The translations under genes and the position numbers were made by a program. A model generated the notes under the pieces. The model was not told the DNA's origin, made no database searches, and saw only the letters and a program-made list of their open reading frames with translations. DNA of 53,433 bases, filler included, from Nitrospiraceae bacterium (lineage in GTDB: Bacteria > Nitrospirota > Nitrospiria > Nitrospirales > UBA2166): NCBI GenBank assembly GCA_002726235.1. It is 3 parts of 3 records of this genome, joined end to end, with 100 filler letters (N's around TTAATTAATTAA, not from the genome) between each part and the next. Parts side by side here need not be neighbours in the genome. Positions count along the whole stretch, not along the records: positions 1 to 30,362 come from PBSN01000022.1; positions 30,463 to 43,265 come from PBSN01000026.1; 1 more part is not named here. The stretch is one strand, 5' to 3'. This document shows, one piece after another, positions 29,046 to 37,800 of this stretch; the stretch's first letter is position 1; every line of letters begins with the position of its first letter.

Positions 29046-30362
29046 ACATGGATAGTTTGGTCTCCCATCTGGTGAGTTGGATTGTGTTGACCCCCTTCAT
29101 TGGGATGGTCATCATCGGATTCCTGCGCCATGCTGAAGTCATTCGCTGGGCGACTCTCGCTACCACCTTGCTCGTACTCGGCCTTACCCTGGGCTTGTGG
29201 GCTGGATTTGATCACACCGCTACAGGAATGCAGTTTGTCGACCGCGTAGCACTAGGAATTTTCTCCTTCCAATACGCAGTTGGCGTGGACGGCATCAGCT
29301 TACCACTGATTCTGCTCACCGCATTCCTTATCCCTTTGTGCGTCCTAGGATCCTGGACAGGTATCAAGGAGAACGTAAAGGCCTTCATGTTGCTCATCCT
29401 TCTGGTGGAAGGAGCCGTGGCTGGCGTATTCACTGCTCTGGACACGTTCCTTTTTTTCCTCTTCTGGGAAATCACGATGATTCCCATGTATTTCATGATC
29501 GCGCTATGGGGAGGCCCCAACCGAATTCAAGCAGCAGTCAAGTTCCTCCTGTTCAGCGTGGCGGGAAGTCTATTACTCAACCTTGGGATTGAGGCTCTAC
29601 ATCACGAAGGAGGAAATACATACGATGTTGTGGCTCTGACCCAGGTAGAATTTTCCCCCGAGGTTCAGTTTTGGATTTTCCTGGCACTGTTTGTGGGATT
29701 CGCGATTAAAGTACCCATGCTTCTCGTCCATGGTTGGATTGCCGATGCGCACGGTGAGGCACCAACGGCAGGCAGCGTTATCCTCTCTGGACTCTTGCTC
29801 AAGATGGGAGCTTACGGATTTCTTCGCTTCTGTCTCCCGATCTTTCCCGAGACCTCGGTAGCATTCGCCCCGTTCATCCAGTGGCTCTCCGTCCTAGCTA
29901 TTCTCTACGGCGGCGCCATGGCCCTTGCACAACATGATTTCAAACGCCTTATCGCCTATTCCTCCATCGCCCATATGGGATTCGTCACCTTGGGTATTTT
30001 TGGGTTCAACAATCAAAGCGTCCAAGGCGCCGTCCTTCAGATGGTCAATCACGGAATTACCACCGGTGCCCTGTTCCTCATAGCTGGCATGTTGTACGAC
30101 CGCACGCATGACCGGACGATCGACAATTATGGAGGGTTGCATCAGGTGATGCCGAGATTCGTGGTGGTTTTAGGCATTTTTGTCGTGGCAGCCTTTGGAT
30201 TGCCGGGAACCGGAAATTTCATCGGAGAGTTCCTCGTTTTGGCCGGAACTCTCTCGCATAGTTACCTCATGGTCCTGCTTGTCTTGGCAGGAATTGTGCT
30301 TGGCGCCGCCTACATGCTCGGGATGTTTCAACGGATGGCACTGGGCCCTGTCTCCCCTCAGA
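29042..30362 (+). CDS. nuoM: NuoM-like antiporter subunit (3'-truncated by contig end)
   Basis: GVDGISLPL, FWEITMIPMY, AIKVP, AHGEAPTAGSVILSGLLLKMGAYG, KRLIAYSSIAHMG, QMVNHG, GLPGTGNFIGEF. ATGA overlap with the upstream stop. Confidence 0.9.
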
Positions 30363-30462
30363 NNNNNNNNNNNNNNNNNNNNNNNNNNNNNNNNNNNNNN
30401 NNNNNNTTAATTAATTAANNNNNNNNNNNNNNNNNNNNNNNNNNNNNNNNNNNNNNNNNNNN
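30363..30462. other. Artificial contig spacer
   Basis: 44 N + TTAATTAATTAA (stops in all six frames) + 44 N. Base composition changes abruptly across it. Confidence 0.98.
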
Positions 30463-30463
30463 A

Positions 30464-31303
30464 GTTGCTGAAGAAGTTGTCCCAGTTGTTGAAGAAGTTG
30501 TTGAAGAAGTTGCTGAAGAAGTTGTCCCAGTTGTTGAAGAAGTTGCTGAAGAAGTTGTCCCATTTGTAGAAAAAACTGAAGAAAAAATAACTGAACTTAT
30601 TGAAAGATTTACAGATAATATAATTCAAAATGTTGTTGATAAAATGAATGATGATAAAGATGTGTCTGAAAAATATACACATCATTTTCATGAATTTCCA
30701 TCAATTATAGAACTTGATGAAACAGAAGAAAGTGATGATAATGATGATAATGAAATAATTTACAATGAAAATATATACAATTTAATCGCATCGCAATCAT
30801 TATATGGAGATAATTTATCTCCTCAAACAATTTCCCATGAACAAATTCCAGAAAATGATAATATGAATGAAGTAAATAATTTACTACATGAGGCAAATGA
30901 AACTAATGCTATAGAAAATTATGCCACAATACCATATAATCAAGATGATAATAGCGATAGTGTAATAGTTGATGAAGAAGACCAAGAAGAAATCCCAGAA
31001 GAAATCCCAGAAGAAATTCAAGAAGAAATCCCAGAAGAAATTCAAGAAGAAATTCAAGAAGAAATCCCAGAAGAAATACAAGAAAAAATCCCAGAAGAAA
31101 TCCCAGAAATTCCAGAGATGAATGAAATCGAACCAGAATATCCAGAAATGCAAAAAGTTGTTCAAGAAGAATCAGAATCAGAATCAGAATCGGAATCGGA
31201 AACAGAACCAGAACAACAGGTATATGATATATATGATTCTAGAAATTATAGAAATAAACAAAAAAAATGGGATATGAAAGGTTGGTTTGATAGTTTATGG
31301 TAA
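30464..31303 (+). CDS. Acidic low-complexity repeat protein (5'-truncated)
   Basis: The frame is open from the contig edge (VAEEVVPVVEEVVEE...) into the 30644 ORF. Contains EEIP/EEIQ and ES repeats and ends KKWDMKGWFDSLW. Confidence 0.7.
   Translation, partial: VAEEVVPVVEEVVEEVAEEVVPVVEEVAEEVVPFVEKTEEKITELIERFTDNIIQNVVDKMNDDKDVSEKYTHHFHEFPSIIELDETEESDDNDDNEIIYNENIYNLIASQSLYGDNLSPQTISHEQIPENDNMNEVNNLLHEANETNAIENYATIPYNQDDNSDSVIVDEEDQEEIPEEIPEEIQEEIPEEIQEEIQEEIPEEIQEKIPEEIPEIPEMNEIEPEYPEMQKVVQEESESESESESETEPEQQVYDIYDSRNYRNKQKKWDMKGWFDSLW
30986..31105 (+). repeat. 12-bp coding tandem repeat (EEIP/EEIQ), about 10 units
   Basis: GAAGAAATCCCA and GAAGAAATTCAA units. Confidence 0.9.
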
Positions 31304-31304
31304 A

Positions 31305-32099
31305 TTAAAGAAGAGATTCTATCCACCATCCAATAAAATACGCAGCAGATGTTGCTACCATACCATTTACCATTGTTAAAATACCATTTTTTAAAACATT
31401 CTGTTTTGTAATTTTTGCTCCGAACGCACCTACTAAAAATAATGTTATTGAACTTACAACACAAGTAATAATAAATATATTATTTTTGTTGTCATATTCT
31501 GATAGATACATTATCAAAAATATTAATAAGGGAATAGAACCAAAAATTGTAAATGATATAAATGTAAATAATGCTTTAATAAAAATATCTTTTGGCGTTT
31601 CTGCTTCTGGCAAATCTAATTCTAAAGTCATCATATGATTTATAAAAATTTTTGTATATTTTTCTTTTGATGCCAATATACTAACTAATCGTATTGCATC
31701 TGCTACTTCCATACCATTATATACATATAATTCAGCTAATTCTTTCATTTCATGATCACGATGTGTTTTATATTCATAGGTTTCTTTTTTTTTCTCTGCA
31801 TTGATATAATTTCTTTCAGCATTTGAACTTAAATAATCACCAAATCCCATACTTAACGCATCTGCTATTAAGTTCGAAAATCCCATAATTATTACAACTT
31901 TTGGATCTAAATTAGCTCCGACAGCAGCAGCCATTATTGCAAATGTTGTAATTACACCATCAACTCCTCCATACGTGAAACTTTTAATATTATGTGCTGC
32001 TTTGTTAGCATGCTCTTTCTCAATGTGTTCAATTATTTCATCCATATTCATATTAATTTCAATATTAGAATCAATATTAGAATCCATATTATCCATCAT
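31305..32099 (-). CDS. VIT1/CCC1 family Fe2+/Mn2+ transporter
   Basis: YGGVDGVITTFA, GFSNLIADALSMGFGDYLSS, Glu-rich cytoplasmic domain (HEMKELAELY, MMTLEL), TFISFTIFGSIPLL. Confidence 0.92.
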   Translation of the reverse strand: MMDNMDSNIDSNIEINMNMDEIIEHIEKEHANKAAHNIKSFTYGGVDGVITTFAIMAAAVGANLDPKVVIIMGFSNLIADALSMGFGDYLSSNAERNYINAEKKKETYEYKTHRDHEMKELAELYVYNGMEVADAIRLVSILASKEKYTKIFINHMMTLELDLPEAETPKDIFIKALFTFISFTIFGSIPLLIFLIMYLSEYDNKNNIFIITCVVSSITLFLVGAFGAKITKQNVLKNGILTMVNGMVATSAAYFIGWWIESLL

Positions 32100-32129
32100 T
32101 TAAAATGTTATTTTATAAATCATAAATTA

Positions 32130-32137
32130 AAAATTGA
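32130..32137 (+). promoter_or_regulatory. Mimiviridae-type early promoter motif AAAATTGA
   Basis: Exact octamer in the short intergenic gap upstream of the HD gene. Chance occurrence is possible in AT-rich DNA. Confidence 0.6.
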
Positions 32138-32164
32138 TTTTAATTTATGATTTATAAAATAATA

Positions 32165-33286
32165 ATGAAATCATTTAAATGTCCTGTTCATAAATTTATA
32201 CGTATTGAACCCTTGGCTCTTGAAATCATTGACACTGTTGAATTTCAAAGACTTAGGTTTATACGACAATTAGGAGTTTGCCATTATGTATACCCAAGTG
32301 CATCTCATACTCGTTTTGAACATTCCCTTGGAGTTTATAACTTAGTCGGTAAATTATTTACTTGTTTATTAGAAAATCAACCTAATTTACGAATCCCAAA
32401 AAGAGATATTCAGTTGATAAAAATTGCTGGTTTAATTCATGATATTGGTCATGTTTGTTTTTCTCATTCATTTGATAATCATATTAGACATAAATTAGAT
32501 ATTCGTGTTGATGAACATGAAGATAGAGGTGTTAAATTATTTAAGCATATGGTTGAAAAATATGAATTACCATTCCTTCAAAAAGAAGTAGATTTAATAT
32601 GTAATATAATTTTAGGCAAATTTGATTCAAATTATCCTAAATATTATTTTGAAATTGTAGCAAACTCATCTACATATTTAGACGTAGATAAATTAGATTA
32701 TTTACTCCGTGATAGTTATCACTTAGGTTTTCAATTAGGATTTCAATATGATTATTTATTTCATAAAATGAGAATTATTGATAATCAAATATGTTATAAT
32801 AAAAAAGCAGCATATACAATATATTCAATATTTAACGCAAGATATAAACTTCATAAAGAAGTTTATCAACATCGTGCTGTTTCTCAAATTGATGCTATGA
32901 TATGTGATGCTATCGTTCAGGAAAAGGAAACTTTAAAATTGAATCAGATGTTTGAAAATAATAGTTTTGATTGGGTCAAATTAACAGATGATTATATTTA
33001 TGTTTCATTAGCATTATCTAATAATAATATATTATCTCGAATTAACCAACGTAATTTATATCATACAGTTTCTAAAGATGATGTATCTAATGTCGATAAA
33101 AAAACATTCATAGTATCGGAAAAGACTCTTGGTTTTGTTAATAAAAATATTAACCCTTTATGTCAAATTTCTTTTTTTGACAAAAAGAATACTAATCAAT
33201 TATGTAAAATGAAGATGAATGAAATAACAAACTTAATGCCTTTAAATTTTACAGAAACGCAAATTCAATATATTAGTAAAAATTAA
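32165..33286 (+). CDS. SAMHD1-like HD-domain phosphohydrolase (dNTPase family)
   Basis: IIDTVEFQRLRFIRQLG, VYPSASHTRFEHSLGV, IHDIGH, FSHSFD, LDVDKLDYLLRD, EVYQH. Alternative start at 32147. Confidence 0.9.
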   Translation: MKSFKCPVHKFIRIEPLALEIIDTVEFQRLRFIRQLGVCHYVYPSASHTRFEHSLGVYNLVGKLFTCLLENQPNLRIPKRDIQLIKIAGLIHDIGHVCFSHSFDNHIRHKLDIRVDEHEDRGVKLFKHMVEKYELPFLQKEVDLICNIILGKFDSNYPKYYFEIVANSSTYLDVDKLDYLLRDSYHLGFQLGFQYDYLFHKMRIIDNQICYNKKAAYTIYSIFNARYKLHKEVYQHRAVSQIDAMICDAIVQEKETLKLNQMFENNSFDWVKLTDDYIYVSLALSNNNILSRINQRNLYHTVSKDDVSNVDKKTFIVSEKTLGFVNKNINPLCQISFFDKKNTNQLCKMKMNEITNLMPLNFTETQIQYISKN

Positions 33287-34143
33287 ATAAAAGTTATTAT
33301 TTCATCTATGGTATATTTTTCACTTTCAAGAGAATTTTTATGATTTTTATCCAAACTTTCGTGTAAATTTTCTCCTTGTCTTAATCCAATTTCTTTTATT
33401 TTTAAAGTACCACCCTTTTTAAGATATTTTTTACTCATTGCTTTTAATAAATCCTTAAGAATAATAGATTTCATTTCGGGAACATATGGTTTAGGAGAAT
33501 TTGCTAATTTAAGACAATCAAAAATAAGATATATTGCTTCGTCTACTGTCCAATAAAATCTAGTACAATTTAAGTCAGTTACTATAAGTTCTTTATCCAA
33601 TTGTAATAACCTTTTCCATTTGTATAATACAGAACCAGTTGAATATAAAACATTACCATAACGTACTATCCTATATTTAATATTCGGTTTTATATACTGA
33701 TATTCTTCGAATAATTTTTCCATAATTAATTTACTTGCTCCATATATCCCTGCTACTTTAGCTGCCTTATCAGTACTTGTTGCTATAACAAAATCAATAT
33801 CATCTCTATTTAAGGTTTCTTCTAAAATATTTAATGAACCAATTATATTTGATCTTGTACAATTTATTGGTTCTGTTTCGGCTAAATCAACATATTTAAA
33901 TGCCGCCAAATGAAATATTCCGTTAATATCCTTCATTGCTTTCATAATAGTATATTTATTACTGATATCCCCACTTATTATTTCGATATTTGGATATTCT
34001 TCTTTTAAATAAACTAATTTTGCTTCATCTCTACATAAAACACGGATTTGATAACCCTTTGGAACAAGATAGTTAACTAATTTTTTTCCTAGAAAACCAG
34101 TGCCTCCAGTTATTAAATATTTTTTATTTTTATCTAATATCAT
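33283..34143 (-). CDS. Nucleotide-sugar 4,6-dehydratase, PseB/CapD-like SDR
   Basis: ITGGTGFLG, RDEAK, FHLAAFKYV, STDKA, YGASK, VRYGNVLYSTGSV, TRFY, IGLRQGENLHE. Confidence 0.88.
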   Translation of the reverse strand: MILDKNKKYLITGGTGFLGKKLVNYLVPKGYQIRVLCRDEAKLVYLKEEYPNIEIISGDISNKYTIMKAMKDINGIFHLAAFKYVDLAETEPINCTRSNIIGSLNILEETLNRDDIDFVIATSTDKAAKVAGIYGASKLIMEKLFEEYQYIKPNIKYRIVRYGNVLYSTGSVLYKWKRLLQLDKELIVTDLNCTRFYWTVDEAIYLIFDCLKLANSPKPYVPEMKSIILKDLLKAMSKKYLKKGGTLKIKEIGLRQGENLHESLDKNHKNSLESEKYTIDEIITFI

Positions 34144-34241
34144 ACTTTTTATTTATATAGTATATAAGTTTTTTATATTTTATATAAATTTTCCTAAAAT
34201 AATATCTCCTATATTTAATAATCATTTTGTAAAAATATCAT

Positions 34242-34769
34242 TTATTGTCTATTTACAAAATCAGATAGAGATTTGGAATCTCTTTCCCCTTCATATTTTG
34301 CAATTGTTTTTCCACTTCCATCTAATAATAAAATTGTTGGGAAACCTTGAATATCATATTCTTTAATCAATTCTGGTTCAAGTTCACTATTTACTTTTTT
34401 GACCGCAACATTTGAGCGATTTGCTTCTGTAAATCTGTCCCAATCTGGTAACATGTCTTTACAATGTGGACACCAAGGAGCATAAAATAAAACTAATTGT
34501 TTTCCTGTTTGAGCTTTAACTTGAACTTGTTCGACTTTGAAGTCATCTTGTTGTGGTTCATTGGTATAAAATTCCTGCTGTTTAATTCCAACTCTTATTA
34601 AAATATTATCAAAAAAATTTTTGATATCTTCTCTAAATTTATAAATTACTATTATGACAATTATTAATGCAACTAGTAATAGAATTTTTTCTAATAAAGC
34701 TAATTTAGAAATATTTTTTACGATTTTGCTAAAAAAGTTTTGAATTGCTTTTAAATATTTTCCGAACAT
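34242..34769 (-). CDS. Membrane-anchored thioredoxin/PDI-like protein
   Basis: N-terminal TM helix, LFYAPWCPHCK active site, QGFPTI, YEGER. Start placed at ATG 34769. Confidence 0.9.
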   Translation of the reverse strand: MFGKYLKAIQNFFSKIVKNISKLALLEKILLLVALIIVIIVIYKFREDIKNFFDNILIRVGIKQQEFYTNEPQQDDFKVEQVQVKAQTGKQLVLFYAPWCPHCKDMLPDWDRFTEANRSNVAVKKVNSELEPELIKEYDIQGFPTILLLDGSGKTIAKYEGERDSKSLSDFVNRQ

Positions 34770-34870
34770 TATTTGATTTGTATTATATAATATAATGAAA
34801 TAAATTTTTTTTACATTGATAATTACCAAATGTAAATATATTAATATATAATATATATTAAAAGATTATA

Positions 34871-37800
34871 ATGAGTTTAATCAATCAATACAAAACAAAT
34901 ATGTTTAACAAAATCAAATTGATAAGAAGCAGAAATCAAAAATTTAAGGAAATATGTTCAGAATTATATAGTAAAAATACCCAATACGGTGGTGTAGGAT
35001 ATAGCGATGACGTCAAACCAATAGTTAATGTTATTGATTTTGATATTGAAATTGATAAGAATAATCAACTTATTGACGAATATTTGACAAAATTAAATTC
35101 CTTACACACAATAATTACAAAAGAAACACCAGATATTTCAAAAGAAGAATTTGATAAATTAGCAAAAGAATTAAAACTAAAAGAAGAATTTATTTTAGCA
35201 CAAAAAGAAAAAATTCAAACACAAATAGATGAACTAAAAAATCAAAATTTAGAAAATACACAACAATATAATACAACTTTACAAGCATTAGAACAACAAA
35301 ATGCTGAATTAAATTTAACCATTCAAAATATTCAAAAAGAAAATACAACTTTAGAACAACAATTAACTGAGTCAAGTAATTCAAATGTATTACAATTACA
35401 ACAATTACAGGAAGAAAATCAAGAATATCAGAAGGCAATAGCCAATATAACAATATTACAAGGACAACTTGAACAGTTACAAAATGAAAAGACACAGTTA
35501 CAACAAAAAAATACTGGATTATCAACACAACTTAACTCATCTAATAAGTCTCTTCAAGAACAGACTAATTTAAAAGATCAATTACAAGCAGAAAATGAAA
35601 CTTTGAGACAAGAAAATGCAAATCTTCCAGAAAAAATTAAATCTGGATTACGGGAATCATTACAATCTTACGATGATAAATTAATTAAACATGTTGTGAA
35701 AAAAGAAAATGTACAAATAGGTGGAAAAAGATTAAAAAAAATGCAAGAATCATGTGCAATTTTCGCCAATAGAAAAAAATATGAAAGAAATATCAGAAAA
35801 TTAATGAAATTATATAACAATGTCAATAATTTAAGAAATAAATTCATAAACGAACATATTAAAAAATATGTAAAAAAAAATAATATTAAAATGTCTGATA
35901 TTAAAAAAGAATTAAAATTTTTGTTTAAAAATAGAAGTAAATATCTCAATAATCAAACAATTTTTATGGGAGGGGAAATTTCTGACGACAAAGTATATAA
36001 TCAAGTAGTTTCACATCTAATTAATCAGACACAATTACCCGATGAACATTTTGATAATATATATAACAAATTAAAAACAATTATAAAAGGAGAAGTATCT
36101 GGAGATTCATCTGGTAAAGATATTTTAAATCAAGTATATAAAGCAGTTTTAGGAGACATTGAAATCGGGTTAAAAGAACAAAAATTTCTTGATAAAGCTA
36201 CAACCATTAAAGCACTAGGTGATGAAATTATTGCTTTATTATCTGATTGCGAACCCGCTGGTATGGATACTAAATTTAAATCATCATATTCTAAAATTGT
36301 AAAACAGACAAAAGTTTTAGATAAATTAGCAAAACTTTTAACTATTAATCCTGATGAAACTATTCTTCAAAAAGCCCAAGCATATTTACCAGTTGATGCT
36401 CCATCTGAGATTTCTTTAAATGGAAGTGTTACTGATATGATGTCTGCTATACAATCTTATTATAATAGTCAAATAGAACAATATACTAAAAATATACCAG
36501 GTATGCTCAAAGATTTAGAAACAAATATCAAAAAACCTTGGTATCTAGAAGATAATAAAGATATGAAAAAAAATTTATGTAAAGAAATATCTAATTTACA
36601 AAAAGTGTTAAAAAAAGCAAGTAGAGAATTAGATTTAAGTTATATAGTTAATAAATACGAAGATATTGCGGGGGCAGTTCGTGTCTATGTTCGTATAAAT
36701 GATTATGCTGTAAAAAAAAATGAAGTCAAGACACATAAGTGTAGCCCAGAATCTATTTGTTTAGGTAGATCTTATGTTATTGAAAAAGACAATGGAGAAG
36801 AAACTACATATATTCTTGCTAGAAATCCATGTGAACAAGATGCTTTTTATAATCCGCAACAAAAAATTGAATCAATTAATCAAAAAAAATCAACTTATGA
36901 TATTATTGATACAGATATATTAGATAAATATAATATGTTAGGTGTTCAAAGATATGGTAGTTTTTTTGGAACATATGAAAATGTAACTAATAAAGATATA
37001 TTTGAAGGTGTTGATACAAAATCAAATAATCCACCACTAAAAGATGCCTTATTACAAGCAACACAAGGATATAGTATCATATTATTTGGTTATGGATATT
37101 CCGGTTCTGGAAAATCATATACATTATTGAATGGAGATAATAGTATGCTTAGTAGTTTTATGGCAGCAGTAAAAAACAAGGCTGGAATAATTACTATTGA
37201 CAAAATAAGTGAATTATATGGTCGTTATAGAATAGAAGAAAATATAATGGAAGCCAATGAATATGACATTACTGAAGACAATTTAAAAGATATAAATAGA
37301 GAGATAGATTTTAACCACATTAACAATATTGATGCAGAAAAAAGAGAAAAACAAATCAATATTTTGTTAGAAACGATTGAAACTTTTAGAAAAACTCCTC
37401 GTACTAATGGTTTGGGAGAAAGAATACCCGCAACAATTAAAGGAACTCCTAACAATCCTGCTAGTTCTAGAAGTCATTTATTTATCAGAATTGGTGTACA
37501 ATTACCAGGAAAACCACAAGGATATTTGACATTAGTTGATATGGCTGGTATTGAAGATCCAGTTGAAATAGCAATCAATATTTTTCCATTTACTGATCTA
37601 AGAAGAAAAGTAAATCCATTTAAAGATGTTAATCCAAAATGGGCTAGTATTGACATACAAAAGTTAAAAAATAATGACATTGCCCAAAAAATGTTAAGCA
37701 AATATTTCGGTGAAGTTCTTGATGATTTAAAGAGAGTTGAGGAAGATGTATGTCCAAAAGCACGCGGATATGATCAAGACACAGCATGGAAATATTTATC

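Noticed and set aside
30180..30691. ORFs containing X runs or ending in LIN, and the antisense FFNN-repeat ORF
   Set aside because: Products of the spacer sequence and of the reverse strand of the Glu/Val repeat gene.
30463..31110. Short direct repeats as a CRISPR array
   Set aside because: Units are codon multiples, adjacent without unique spacers, and encode an acidic low-complexity protein. No cas genes are present.
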